Origin: a virus
Taxonomy: Duplodnaviria > Caudoviricetes
Length of the DNA: 34,910 bases
Virus record (IMG/VR): IMGVR_UViG_3300029821_000149
Span: 1 to 34,910 of that record
Strand: one strand, 5' to 3'
Positions within the stretch are counted from its first letter, which is position 1; the number at the start of each line of letters is the position of its first letter. Positions 24,450-32,380 of this stretch are shown here, piece after piece. Both the position numbers and the translations under genes were made by a program. The notes beneath the pieces were generated by a model. The model saw only the letters and a program-made list of their open reading frames with translations. It ran no database searches and was not told where the DNA came from.

Positions 24450-25960
24450 TTCGCCGCCTTCGCGGGCTTCTTGCCCTTCTGCGCATCCCAGGCGGCCTCG
24501 GCGTCCTTCTTGGCCTTGGCCATGACGGCCTTGGCATTGATGCCGCAGATGGAGAAGCTTTTCGGGTCCGGTTCTTGGGTGGAGAGAGACTTGCGGAAGT
24601 CGAGCGCCATCATGAATACCAGGGCGAACAGATCCTGCTGGCTCAGGTCTTCGTACTGGTACTCGGTGTATGTCCAATCGTTCTCCTTGTCCTTCTTCTC
24701 CTTGGTGCTCACCGGGATGAGCTGCATGGGGATCTTGGTGTCGTAGTGGCCGGGCTCGAGGGCCTTGGCGATTACGGCCAGGTGGGAGTTGTCGGTGTTG
24801 CCCAGGCATGCGGTCCTGGCGGCGTTGAAGAGCGCCTTGTAGGTCTCCATGCGGATGAACTTCTGCTTCGGGGTGATGCGGTTCGTGTCCTCGGGCGCCC
24901 CGGAGACGTCCGTCTTGGGCTTCCGCTCCACTACGACCCAGAGGTTGTACTCGGAGTCCAGAAGGTACTTGGCCCCGGCTTTCTGCGCGGCCTTGGTTTT
25001 CTTGTCATCCGCTTTCCCAAGGGTGACCAGATTCTTGTCGCCATTCTGGAACAGGTGCTTCATCTGGCAGTCGGCGTAAACGTAGCGCTCGGTCATGCCG
25101 AGGAAGTCGTCCCCGTGGACGTTTTTCATCGCCTGGATCTTAATCTCTTTGTAGTGCTCCATCTTGGCTTCCAGGCAGGGGCGGTTGAGGCAGTTGCCCT
25201 TTTCGGCCCCGTCAAAGAGCCGGCCCTGGTTGCCGCTGTTGTAGACGCAGGCGGTGCAGGCTTCCTTGCCGGCGTAGGCCACATTCTTGGGAAAGGGGTG
25301 ACCGTCCAGCTTGCGGCCGAACTGGTTATCGATGGTGTCCTTGAGATTGGTGGCGGTCGTTTCGTCTCCGTCGCCGCTATCCTCCACCACCTCCTCTATC
25401 TTCTCGGCCGGGACGCGCAGCAGTTGGTGGCCGTGCGCGGCGGTCCATTCCCCGGACTCTATGCGCTCCAGCACCTTCTCGGGCAGCTCAAGCAGCCGCA
25501 CGGCGCGGTACACGTAACTGACGTTCTTGCCGACGCGGTCCGCGAGCTCCTGGGCCTGCTCCACGCTGTGGCCCTTCTGGTCCAGCAGCACCTTGAAGGC
25601 CCGGGCCTCCTCGATGGGGCTGAGGTCCTTGCGGTGGAGGTTCTCGAGGGCCTGGACCTCTAGGGCTTGGTCCTCGGTCAGCTCCAGCATGCGGTAGGGA
25701 ATCCGCTCGACGCCGGCCAGCATGGCGGCGCGGTAGCGGCGCTCGCCCGCGACCAGAATATATCCCTCGCGCAGGATTACCGGCTGCAGCACGCCCACCT
25801 TAGCGATGTTCTCGGCCAGTTCCTGCAGGGCCTTCTCGTTAAACGTCTTGCGGAAGTTCGATATCACCGCGATCTTGTCGCAGTCCACGAGCCCTGCCTC
25901 TATCTCCTTGTAACCCTCGCCGGCGACTACCTCCGGCGTTTTCTTGGTTTTAGTTTTCAT
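24446..25960 (-). CDS. ParB/Spo0J-family protein with extended C-terminus
   Basis: LQELAENI-x2-VGVLQP, LVAGERRYRA, ENLHRKDLSPIEEA, HTH, then CTAC...CLNRPC. Confidence 0.9.
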   Translation of the reverse strand: MKTKTKKTPEVVAGEGYKEIEAGLVDCDKIAVISNFRKTFNEKALQELAENIAKVGVLQPVILREGYILVAGERRYRAAMLAGVERIPYRMLELTEDQALEVQALENLHRKDLSPIEEARAFKVLLDQKGHSVEQAQELADRVGKNVSYVYRAVRLLELPEKVLERIESGEWTAAHGHQLLRVPAEKIEEVVEDSGDGDETTATNLKDTIDNQFGRKLDGHPFPKNVAYAGKEACTACVYNSGNQGRLFDGAEKGNCLNRPCLEAKMEHYKEIKIQAMKNVHGDDFLGMTERYVYADCQMKHLFQNGDKNLVTLGKADDKKTKAAQKAGAKYLLDSEYNLWVVVERKPKTDVSGAPEDTNRITPKQKFIRMETYKALFNAARTACLGNTDNSHLAVIAKALEPGHYDTKIPMQLIPVSTKEKKDKENDWTYTEYQYEDLSQQDLFALVFMMALDFRKSLSTQEPDPKSFSICGINAKAVMAKAKKDAEAAWDAQKGKKPAKAAK

Positions 25961-25969
25961 CGTCTCTCC

Positions 25970-26320
25970 TTATCTGTTTCTGAATTTGCACTCTCTGCGC
26001 TTTGCTGTGATCTGCTTCGTCCGCTTGTCCATCGCGTCCTTCTCGCCGGGCTTGCCGAGATCCAGCACCTCGGCCGCGTGCAGCCGCTCCACCCGCCAGC
26101 TGGCCAGATAGTGGCTAAACTCCGCGTGCGTAGCGCGGCCGGCTCTGCAGTCCTGCCATACCAGGACCAGCAGCTCTTGGGTGAAGCGGAGGTCGCACTG
26201 TATGCACTGGTCGGTCCGGTTGTCCGGCGCCGGGAACTTGTAGGCGGCGTAGCCCGGCCAGACCTCCATCACGTCATGGGCGGCCCTGATGAACTCCTTG
26301 CGGCGCTGCTCTTCGGTCAT
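25970..26320 (-). CDS. Hypothetical protein (paralogue of 22875..23177)
   Basis: 116 aa; WQDCRAGRATHAEFSHYLASW. Confidence 0.65.
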   Translation of the reverse strand: MTEEQRRKEFIRAAHDVMEVWPGYAAYKFPAPDNRTDQCIQCDLRFTQELLVLVWQDCRAGRATHAEFSHYLASWRVERLHAAEVLDLGKPGEKDAMDKRTKQITAKRRECKFRNR

Positions 26321-26910
26321 GCGGCCTCCAGCTGCTTGACCATATCCCGGCCCCGCGCCGCCTCGAAGGTAGCGCAGGCGTCGGCGATATGTTCCTTGTC
26401 TTTTATGAGTTGCTCCGAGATGGCCGGGTACTTCGCCTCCATGGCCGCCATGACGAACCGCTTCAACTCGTTGGTGTCCGCGCCCGGGTGGTCTTTCTTG
26501 ACCCAGCCGGCCGCCTCACGGCTTTCGTTCGGGGTGATCCATTCCGCCGGGCACCGGAGCGCCACGTGGACCACCGCTATGATCCCGGTGGCCAGGCCCA
26601 TGCACTTCTGCGCCGCGGCGCTCTGCGCACCGCCGTTGGGTATCTCGCAGGCCAGGGCCTGGCACTGGTTCTCCAGGAAGTAGTTCAGGATCTCGGTCGC
26701 CATGAACTCGCTGCGGCGAACGTCGTCTACGGCCACGTAGGAGAGCTGGCGCTTCACGAGCTTATTGCGCTTATTGCGCACGCAAACCGTGTGCCCCTGT
26801 TCCGTGTGTATGCACTTGGAATCGAAGAGCTGCCACCCTTCCGGGGTATGCTCAAAAATAGCCATACCCGTTGACCGGAAGCCGACGTCCGCCGCGAGGA
26901 GTTTAATCAT
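26317..26910 (-). CDS. RuvC-like Holliday junction resolvase
   Basis: LLAADVGFRSTG, LACEIP and EHIADA supply the acidic catalytic residues; start 26910 or 26922. Confidence 0.8.
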   Translation of the reverse strand: MIKLLAADVGFRSTGMAIFEHTPEGWQLFDSKCIHTEQGHTVCVRNKRNKLVKRQLSYVAVDDVRRSEFMATEILNYFLENQCQALACEIPNGGAQSAAAQKCMGLATGIIAVVHVALRCPAEWITPNESREAAGWVKKDHPGADTNELKRFVMAAMEAKYPAISEQLIKDKEHIADACATFEAARGRDMVKQLEAA

Positions 26911-27247
26911 TGACGCTGGCATCCTGGAACTTCAGTTTCTCCGCGGCCTCGATGATGTTCACGCGCCGCTTGCAGTTGCGCTCCGTGTCGAAGTAGACGA
27001 TGCTGGTCTTCTGGGCTTTGTCCATCAGCTCCAGCAGCTTCTCGGCCGCCTTCTTGACGTTGTCCTTGGCGCGCGCTTCCTCCACCTTCTTGCCGCTCAG
27101 GTAGTCCGCCGCGTCCTGGAGATCCTTCGGGCAGGTCTCGCGGACCGTGCCCTTGCCGTCCACCGTCTGCTGCGTGTACTTCTCGACCTTGCCGGGCAGG
27201 TCCAGGGTGCCCTGCTTGCCGCCTTTAGTGCTTGCTGATTTTGTCAT
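26903..27247 (-). CDS. Hypothetical protein
   Basis: 114 aa, GGAGG RBS, Lys/Glu-rich. Confidence 0.7.
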   Translation of the reverse strand: MTKSASTKGGKQGTLDLPGKVEKYTQQTVDGKGTVRETCPKDLQDAADYLSGKKVEEARAKDNVKKAAEKLLELMDKAQKTSIVYFDTERNCKRRVNIIEAAEKLKFQDASVND

Positions 27248-27446
27248 TGTTCCTCCGTATGTCTTCTATGATGTCCAGGGCCAGGCGGTTGGCGGTCGCG
27301 TAGATGTCGCGCAGCGCCGCTATCCGGCCCGAGAATTTGCTGGGCTCACCGGCGCGAAGTGCCTCGCGCTCGATGAGGATGACCACTTTGTTGGAGTGGC
27401 TGGTGCTCTCTATGCGGTGAGTCTCGACGTGTTTGGTATTAGCCAC
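27225..27446 (-). CDS. Hypothetical protein
   Basis: 73 aa, GTG start, overlaps both neighbours. Confidence 0.5.
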   Translation of the reverse strand: MANTKHVETHRIESTSHSNKVVILIEREALRAGEPSKFSGRIAALRDIYATANRLALDIIEDIRRNNDKISKH

Positions 27447-28713
27447 GGCTCTCCACCTCCACGTTCTCCAGGTCCGCCACCTTGGTGATGAAGTACTGGA
27501 AGTCGTCCGCGCCGGCCTGCTCCAGGAACGCCTTCTGCGTGTCAGTGTCGAGGCTCTCGAAGCCGTCCAGGCAAATGGCCTTGACCTCGTAGCCCGCGTT
27601 GAGGTTGCGGGTCACGGCCACGGCCAGGCGGGCCTTCTCGCTGGTGCTGAGGTTGACGATGGGCACGCCGTTGAGCGTGAAGGAACCTTCCGCGAAGGCG
27701 AGGCCCTCCACCGGCATGCTGACGTCCGCCATCAGCTGGGCCGGCGCTTCCTTCTGCAGGGTCTTCACGGCCTTGTCCAGGGTCTCGGCCTTCTTCTTGA
27801 CCTCGCGGTACTCGCCGCGGAGATCTTCCAGCCGGCCGAGGTCGCGGGAGGCGGCCTGGGAAGCCTGCAGCTCGGCCATGCGGGCCTGCAGCGGCGCGAT
27901 GTCCGGGACGTCCATGGCCACCAGCTCGTTCTCCAGGCGCCTGGCTTCCTCGCGCTTGGCGTTCATCTTGCCGGTGAGCTCCAGGATCTCCTCCTGCATC
28001 TCGGACACGTCCTTGCTGAGCTGGTCCATGCGCCGGCTGGTCTCTTCCATCTTCTGCTGCGCGGCGCGGGCCCCGCTGAGCTGCTCCATCACCTGGCCGA
28101 GCTCGGCCGGATCCACCGGCTTGGCGCCGGCCGGGATCTTGGTCTTGAGGTCCGCCGCGGCGCCCTCGAGCTGCTTCACCCGGGCGTTGGTGCCGGCGCG
28201 CTCCTGGTAGAGCACCTCAATGAGGTCGTCAACGGCCTCGAGGCCGTGCATGTTGACGTACTTCTCGAGGTCGCCCACCAGGCCGTCGGTCCAGCCCTGC
28301 AGCTGCTCCAGCGTGGCCATCACCGGGATGGCCTTGAGCAGGTACTGCGTCTGCTCCTTGGCGCTCATGGCAAAGAACTTCACCGGCTCGAAGGAGAAGT
28401 CGCCGATGATGCCGTCGAGGAAGGTCTGCGGCTTGGGCAGGATCTTCCCGTCCCGCGTCACCGTGACCGAGCCGCCCTTGGCGGTGATGCTGCGCTTGAT
28501 CTCGATGTCGTCGGTGGCAAGGAAGATCTCCGCCTTGCTCTCGCCCACGCGGATCTTGTCCTGGCCGGCGCCCCGGAACGCGGCTTTGATGGCCTCGATG
28601 ATGGAGGTCTTGCCCTTTCCGTTGCGGCCGGCGATGATGTTCATCTTCTTCGGGTCGATGCTGGTTTCCTCGATGCCGATGAAGTTGCGCACTTCAAGTT
28701 TGGTTATCTTCAT
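27439..28713 (-). CDS. SMC/RecN/SbcC-like ABC ATPase
   Basis: KLEVRNF, GRNGKGKTS Walker A, central coiled coil, NLSTSE signature, ICLDGFESLD. Confidence 0.88.
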   Translation of the reverse strand: MKITKLEVRNFIGIEETSIDPKKMNIIAGRNGKGKTSIIEAIKAAFRGAGQDKIRVGESKAEIFLATDDIEIKRSITAKGGSVTVTRDGKILPKPQTFLDGIIGDFSFEPVKFFAMSAKEQTQYLLKAIPVMATLEQLQGWTDGLVGDLEKYVNMHGLEAVDDLIEVLYQERAGTNARVKQLEGAAADLKTKIPAGAKPVDPAELGQVMEQLSGARAAQQKMEETSRRMDQLSKDVSEMQEEILELTGKMNAKREEARRLENELVAMDVPDIAPLQARMAELQASQAASRDLGRLEDLRGEYREVKKKAETLDKAVKTLQKEAPAQLMADVSMPVEGLAFAEGSFTLNGVPIVNLSTSEKARLAVAVTRNLNAGYEVKAICLDGFESLDTDTQKAFLEQAGADDFQYFITKVADLENVEVESRG

Positions 28714-29825
28714 AACTCCACGTCCTCCTTGGCCAGCTTCATGGCCTTGAACTCTTCGGTGACCGAGATGTCGAGCAGGGGCTCCACGTCTTCCTTGAGC
28801 CCGTCGTTCTTCTTGTAGAGCTTCTTGAGCTCGGTGCCGGTGATGGAGAGCCAGGCCAGGGGCTTGATGCCCTTGAGCTCCAGCAGGCTCGCGAAGGCGT
28901 CCATGTCGCGCACCTTGATCTTCTCCTTCTTGCTGTAGCCCCAGCGGCCGCTGGCGGTTTCAACGTCGCCATGGCCCTGCACGTAGCCCTTGAGCGCGTC
29001 CTTCTTAGCCTTCACCTGCGCCTCGAGCACGAACAGATCCTCCGCCACCTGGCGGGCTTCCTCGGGGTTGGTGACCACCAGCAGGTTGGACGGCTTGGCG
29101 GTACATATGCTGGCGTAAGGGCAGTACTGGCAGGCGGTGCCGGGCGTGGCGTTGAACTTCTTCTCCTCGCTGACGCGCGCGCACTTCTCCTCGATCTCGT
29201 CCACCAGCTTCGGCAGGTCCCTGCGCTCGAACTCCTTAACGGCCGTGTGGCCGCTGTTGACGTAGGAGAACTCGGTGTTGACCTTCTGCACCTCCGGCAT
29301 CATCTGCATGGTGCAGGCGGCGTAGATGCGCATCTGGAACGGGTTGCCCTCGCCGTAGCCGGTCTTGTAGTCCCGCACGGTGGCCTGGTCCTCGTCCTTG
29401 TAGAGGCGGTCTATCTTGCCGCGAAAGGCCGCCGTCTTGCCGAAGAACGAGCACTTGTTCCAGTTCTTGTCGAAGGCGATGTCCAGCTCGATGCCGACCA
29501 GGGTGGCGGCGTCCAGGATCTCCTGCTCCACGAACTTGGAGCAGATCTCGCTGTAGCCTTCCAGCAGGTGGCCCGGCAGCGGCCGCTTGAGGTTCTGCAG
29601 CACTTCCTTGGCGATGCGCTCGTAGGAGGCCAGGTCGGTCTCCACCTTGGCCGCCAGGCAGTGCTTGCCGTACGCCTCAAAGAACTCATGCCCGGCCGCG
29701 CCCAGGATGAGCGGATCGGCCGGGGGCTCGGGCACCTTGTCCAGGTGCTTGAGCTTGTACTGCAGGGGGCACTCCTCGAAGGTGTGCAGCCTGCTGTAGG
29801 ACAGGGGGGGATTGGCGAGGATCAT
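28710..29825 (-). CDS. PD-(D/E)XK RecB-family exonuclease with Fe-S Cys motif
   Basis: LSYSRL...ECP, RGKIDRL, DYKTG, QMRIYA, CQYCPYASIC. Confidence 0.88.
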   Translation of the reverse strand: MILANPPLSYSRLHTFEECPLQYKLKHLDKVPEPPADPLILGAAGHEFFEAYGKHCLAAKVETDLASYERIAKEVLQNLKRPLPGHLLEGYSEICSKFVEQEILDAATLVGIELDIAFDKNWNKCSFFGKTAAFRGKIDRLYKDEDQATVRDYKTGYGEGNPFQMRIYAACTMQMMPEVQKVNTEFSYVNSGHTAVKEFERRDLPKLVDEIEEKCARVSEEKKFNATPGTACQYCPYASICTAKPSNLLVVTNPEEARQVAEDLFVLEAQVKAKKDALKGYVQGHGDVETASGRWGYSKKEKIKVRDMDAFASLLELKGIKPLAWLSITGTELKKLYKKNDGLKEDVEPLLDISVTEEFKAMKLAKEDVEL

Positions 29826-29826
29826 A

Positions 29827-31059
29827 TTACTTGGCCCCCTTGAGGATGGTGAGCAGCTTGGCCTTGTCGGGGTAGCTGCGCATCATCGCGTCTATCTTCA
29901 CCTGCGACCACTTGAGCCTGGCGAACTCGGCCTGCAGTTGCGGGATGAGGTTGACCGGCGGCGCGGGCGGGGTGGCGGGCTTGGCGGCGGCAGGGGCCGG
30001 CGCAGCGGGCTTCGCCGCGGGGGCGGGCGCCGGGGCAGGCTTCGCGGCAGGGACGCCCCTGTCGGGCAGGGTGCCCAGGTACTTGATGAACTCGGCGGTG
30101 GTGCCCATGGAGGCTTTCAGCGCCAGGCCGGCTTCGTGGGACATGCCCTTCTCCGCCAGCATCAGTATCTCGTGCTGGCTGAGCTTCACCTGCTCCTGCT
30201 GCTCAGGCTCCATCAGCTCGGCTTCGGCTTCCTGCACCGGCTCCGGCTTCTCCGCGGGGGCGGCGCCGGCGGCGTCCTGGCCGATGAGCGGCACGGTTTC
30301 CTCGGGCATGAGGTCCGTGGGGATCTCGTCCGGACTGGGGCCTTCCACCTGGTACGCCAGCTGGCTGAGCCGCTGCTGGCCGAGCGCGATGAGCTGCTTG
30401 AACTCGCCGCGCCATTCCACGGTGAGGTGGTGGATGATGCTCTGCTTGCCTTCCACCATGCACTTCTTGGGCACCACTTTCAGGATCAGCGGGATCATGG
30501 CGATACGGCCGCCGGTCACGGAGCGGATCATGTCGATGTCGCTGTTGAGGCTGACGATGCCGTTGAAGCTGCCGGTGTCTATCTGCCAGACGCCCAGGAT
30601 GCCGACCTTGGGGATGAGGAACTGCAGGGTGCCGACGCGGCGGCAGGCCGTGGGCAGCCCGGTCTTCTTGTCCTTGGCGTACTCGCACTCCTCGGGGCCC
30701 AGGCAGTGGATCTCCTGCAGCTCGCCGGTCTGCATGTCCAGGCGGTTGGCGGTGATGCCGTCGCCCTTGCAGATAAGCTTGCCGCCGGTGCTCTGGGTGC
30801 GGACGTAGGACTTGTACCAGCAATCCCAGAAGATGTTCACGGCATCGACCGGGAACATGATCTCCAGTTCTTTGGGGTTCTCGCCGTAGACCTTCTTGAA
30901 GGTCTCCGCGGCGATGGCCGGGGTGGACTCGTCAGCCTTGACGACGAAGTAGTCCACCGCCTTGGGGTAAGGGTTGCCCTTCTGCGACATGGCTTTCACC
31001 CCGAGGTGTATCTTGCCGACTCGACGAAGGCGGCGTATGTCCGACAGCTCTTTTATCAT
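29827..31059 (-). CDS. Gp3-like (recombination directionality factor-like) protein
   Basis: RVGKIHLG...YPKAVDYF, LICKGDG, LQFLIP...GVWQIDTGSFN; Pro/Ala-rich linker near the C-terminus. Confidence 0.7.
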   Translation of the reverse strand: MIKELSDIRRLRRVGKIHLGVKAMSQKGNPYPKAVDYFVVKADESTPAIAAETFKKVYGENPKELEIMFPVDAVNIFWDCWYKSYVRTQSTGGKLICKGDGITANRLDMQTGELQEIHCLGPEECEYAKDKKTGLPTACRRVGTLQFLIPKVGILGVWQIDTGSFNGIVSLNSDIDMIRSVTGGRIAMIPLILKVVPKKCMVEGKQSIIHHLTVEWRGEFKQLIALGQQRLSQLAYQVEGPSPDEIPTDLMPEETVPLIGQDAAGAAPAEKPEPVQEAEAELMEPEQQEQVKLSQHEILMLAEKGMSHEAGLALKASMGTTAEFIKYLGTLPDRGVPAAKPAPAPAPAAKPAAPAPAAAKPATPPAPPVNLIPQLQAEFARLKWSQVKIDAMMRSYPDKAKLLTILKGAK

Positions 31060-31418
31060 TGTGCTTGCTCCTTATGGGTTTCATTTTTTACGTCTAAATC
31101 GGGCAGGCCGTGGCGGGGGTAGTCACCCGCGGGCCCGCCTTTTTCTTTTTCTAGCCCTCTTTCACTTCGGGTTGAGGGCGCATAGTCACCTCCGAAGTGC
31201 TGATCCTGCCTGCTCGCCCGGGAAGTTTCTATCAGGATTTCTATCCCCGGACTAACGACGCTAGAATTGCCGCCGCAGGCCAGCGGCTCTTTTGAAATAG
31301 GCGCGGGCGGGTTGTAAGGTTGGAACCGCTCGGCCCGGCTTTCGGCCAGGTCGGAGCAGTCCAGGGAAGAATCGCGCCCGCCCCAGATGCGCTCTGCCAG
31401 GAAGTCGTTGAAGCTCAT
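31056..31418 (-). CDS. Hypothetical 120-aa ORF overlapping structured elements
   Basis: ATGA overlaps at both ends, but atypical codon usage and no recognisable domain. Confidence 0.4.
   Translation of the reverse strand: MSFNDFLAERIWGGRDSSLDCSDLAESRAERFQPYNPPAPISKEPLACGGNSSVVSPGIEILIETSRASRQDQHFGGDYAPSTRSERGLEKEKGGPAGDYPRHGLPDLDVKNETHKEQAQ
31101..31255. other. Structured element: tandem hairpins with repeated TAGTCACC
   Basis: Hairpin 31102-31139 next to a T-tract (31140-31150); CACTTCGG/CCGAAGTG stem (31163-31199) crossing GCCCTC/GAGGGC; TTTCTATC direct repeat. Confidence 0.55.
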
Positions 31419-31666
31419 AAGGTTGCCGCGTGATGAAGGACGCGGCGAATCCAAGCCGGCGTCAATATGTAAGCGGTGCTCGCGTAGTCCGCCCGGGCCT
31501 CGGCCTCCTGGTCGAAGGTCTCCAGCCGGGTGATCCTGCCCCACTGGCGGTCTATCACCATGTACTCCGCGCACTCCGTGGAGACCAGCCTCCGGTCGCC
31601 GCCCGGCAGCTGGCGGGTGTCGAGCACCTGCATCGGATTCCTCGCTGACCTAATCATGCTTTCCAT
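31415..31666 (-). CDS. Hypothetical protein
   Basis: 83 aa, GAGGTGGAG RBS. Confidence 0.6.
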   Translation of the reverse strand: MESMIRSARNPMQVLDTRQLPGGDRRLVSTECAEYMVIDRQWGRITRLETFDQEAEARADYASTAYILTPAWIRRVLHHAATL

Positions 31667-31675
31667 AACTCCACC

Positions 31676-31897
31676 TCACCTATGTCCCAGGTAGCGCTTG
31701 TTGATCTCGCCGCCCGAGCCCTGCTTGTAACCGAGCGCTGCAAAGTCCTCAAGGCGGAAACGCTTCACCCGGCCGAACCGCATGTAGCTCACCTGCCCGC
31801 TGTCTGCCCACTTGAGCACCGTCTGCCAGCCGTACTCGGGGGAAAGCTTGAGCGCGGCGGCCACTTCCTTAGCGGTTAAAAATTCTGTCTGGCTCAT
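31676..31897 (-). CDS. Excisionase-like HTH protein
   Basis: FLTAKEVAAALKL...TVLKWADSGQV...RFGRVKRFRLED. Confidence 0.8.
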   Translation of the reverse strand: MSQTEFLTAKEVAAALKLSPEYGWQTVLKWADSGQVSYMRFGRVKRFRLEDFAALGYKQGSGGEINKRYLGHR

Positions 31898-32148
31898 ATG
31901 CTCGATGCCTCCGGTACACCCTCACCCTCGAAATCCTCCGGTTCGAACCTGATGCCCAGGTACTTCATGATCCTCACGATGTCGGCCGCCAGGGGCTGGT
32001 GCTTGCCCGCCAGCAGGTACTCCATTCTGTCGACCGAGATGTGAACCTTTTCGGCCATCTCTCGTATAGTCCACCCCTTCATACGCCGGAAGAGGTCCAG
32101 CTTGCCTGCAAACTTTAGGGTCATAATGTCCGTTCTGCCTTGCTCCAT
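31894..32148 (-). CDS. Cro-like XRE HTH regulator
   Basis: RRMKGWTIREMAEKVHIS...LLAGKHQP; first early gene, divergent from the repressor. Confidence 0.8.
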   Translation of the reverse strand: MEQGRTDIMTLKFAGKLDLFRRMKGWTIREMAEKVHISVDRMEYLLAGKHQPLAADIVRIMKYLGIRFEPEDFEGEGVPEASSI

Positions 32149-32164
32149 CCTTAATTCTCCCCGG

Positions 32165-32193
32165 TTGACAACCCCGCAAATTCGCTATAATCT
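32165..32193 (+). promoter_or_regulatory. Putative lysogenic (repressor) promoter
   Basis: TTGACA at 32165-32170, with TATAAT at a 15-bp spacer or TAATCT at a 17-bp spacer. Confidence 0.6.
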
Positions 32194-32207
32194 ATAGTTG
32201 CGGCAGT

Positions 32208-32263
32208 AAAAAATAGGGCCAGCTCTCGCATAGTCCGGGTCAAGGCGTTTTGCGAAAGCTGGC
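32208..32263 (-). terminator. Attenuator-like hairpin in early leader
   Basis: 13-bp stem GCCAGCUUUCGCA/UGCGAGAGCUGGC (one G-U, valid only on the minus RNA), 20-nt loop, then CCUAUUUUUU. Confidence 0.6.
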
Positions 32264-32342
32264 GGGCTCTTGTAAGCCCTCTGCGCTTTTGGGGCGCATA
32301 GTTGTTGAATCTGTCTTTGACCCGGACATGTATTTCTGTTGA

Positions 32343-32361
32343 TAGTGTATCAGATACACTA
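32343..32361. promoter_or_regulatory. Operator candidate (perfect 19-bp dyad)
   Basis: TAGTGTATC-A-GATACACTA overlapping the early promoter, about 20 bp upstream of the repressor start. Confidence 0.75.
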
Positions 32362-32372
32362 ACACCTGTCAA
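32344..32372 (-). promoter_or_regulatory. Putative early lytic promoter
   Basis: TTGACA-17 bp-TACACT on the minus strand. Confidence 0.7.
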
Positions 32373-32380
32373 GGGTCCAT

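Noticed and set aside
28710-29825. Cas4/CRISPR association
   Set aside because: No CRISPR array or other cas genes; the context is a phage recombination module.
29950-30060. GC-rich repeats
   Set aside because: They simply encode a Pro/Ala/Lys linker (PAAKPA units).
31140-31260. Hammerhead ribozyme or tRNA
   Set aside because: No CUGANGA core matched to the GAAA, and no cloverleaf with T-loop consensus; retained only as an unclassified structured element.
32151-32372. 73-aa minus-strand ORF in the immunity region
   Set aside because: Its TTG start is the -35 hexamer of the predicted promoter, so it would not be on the transcript.
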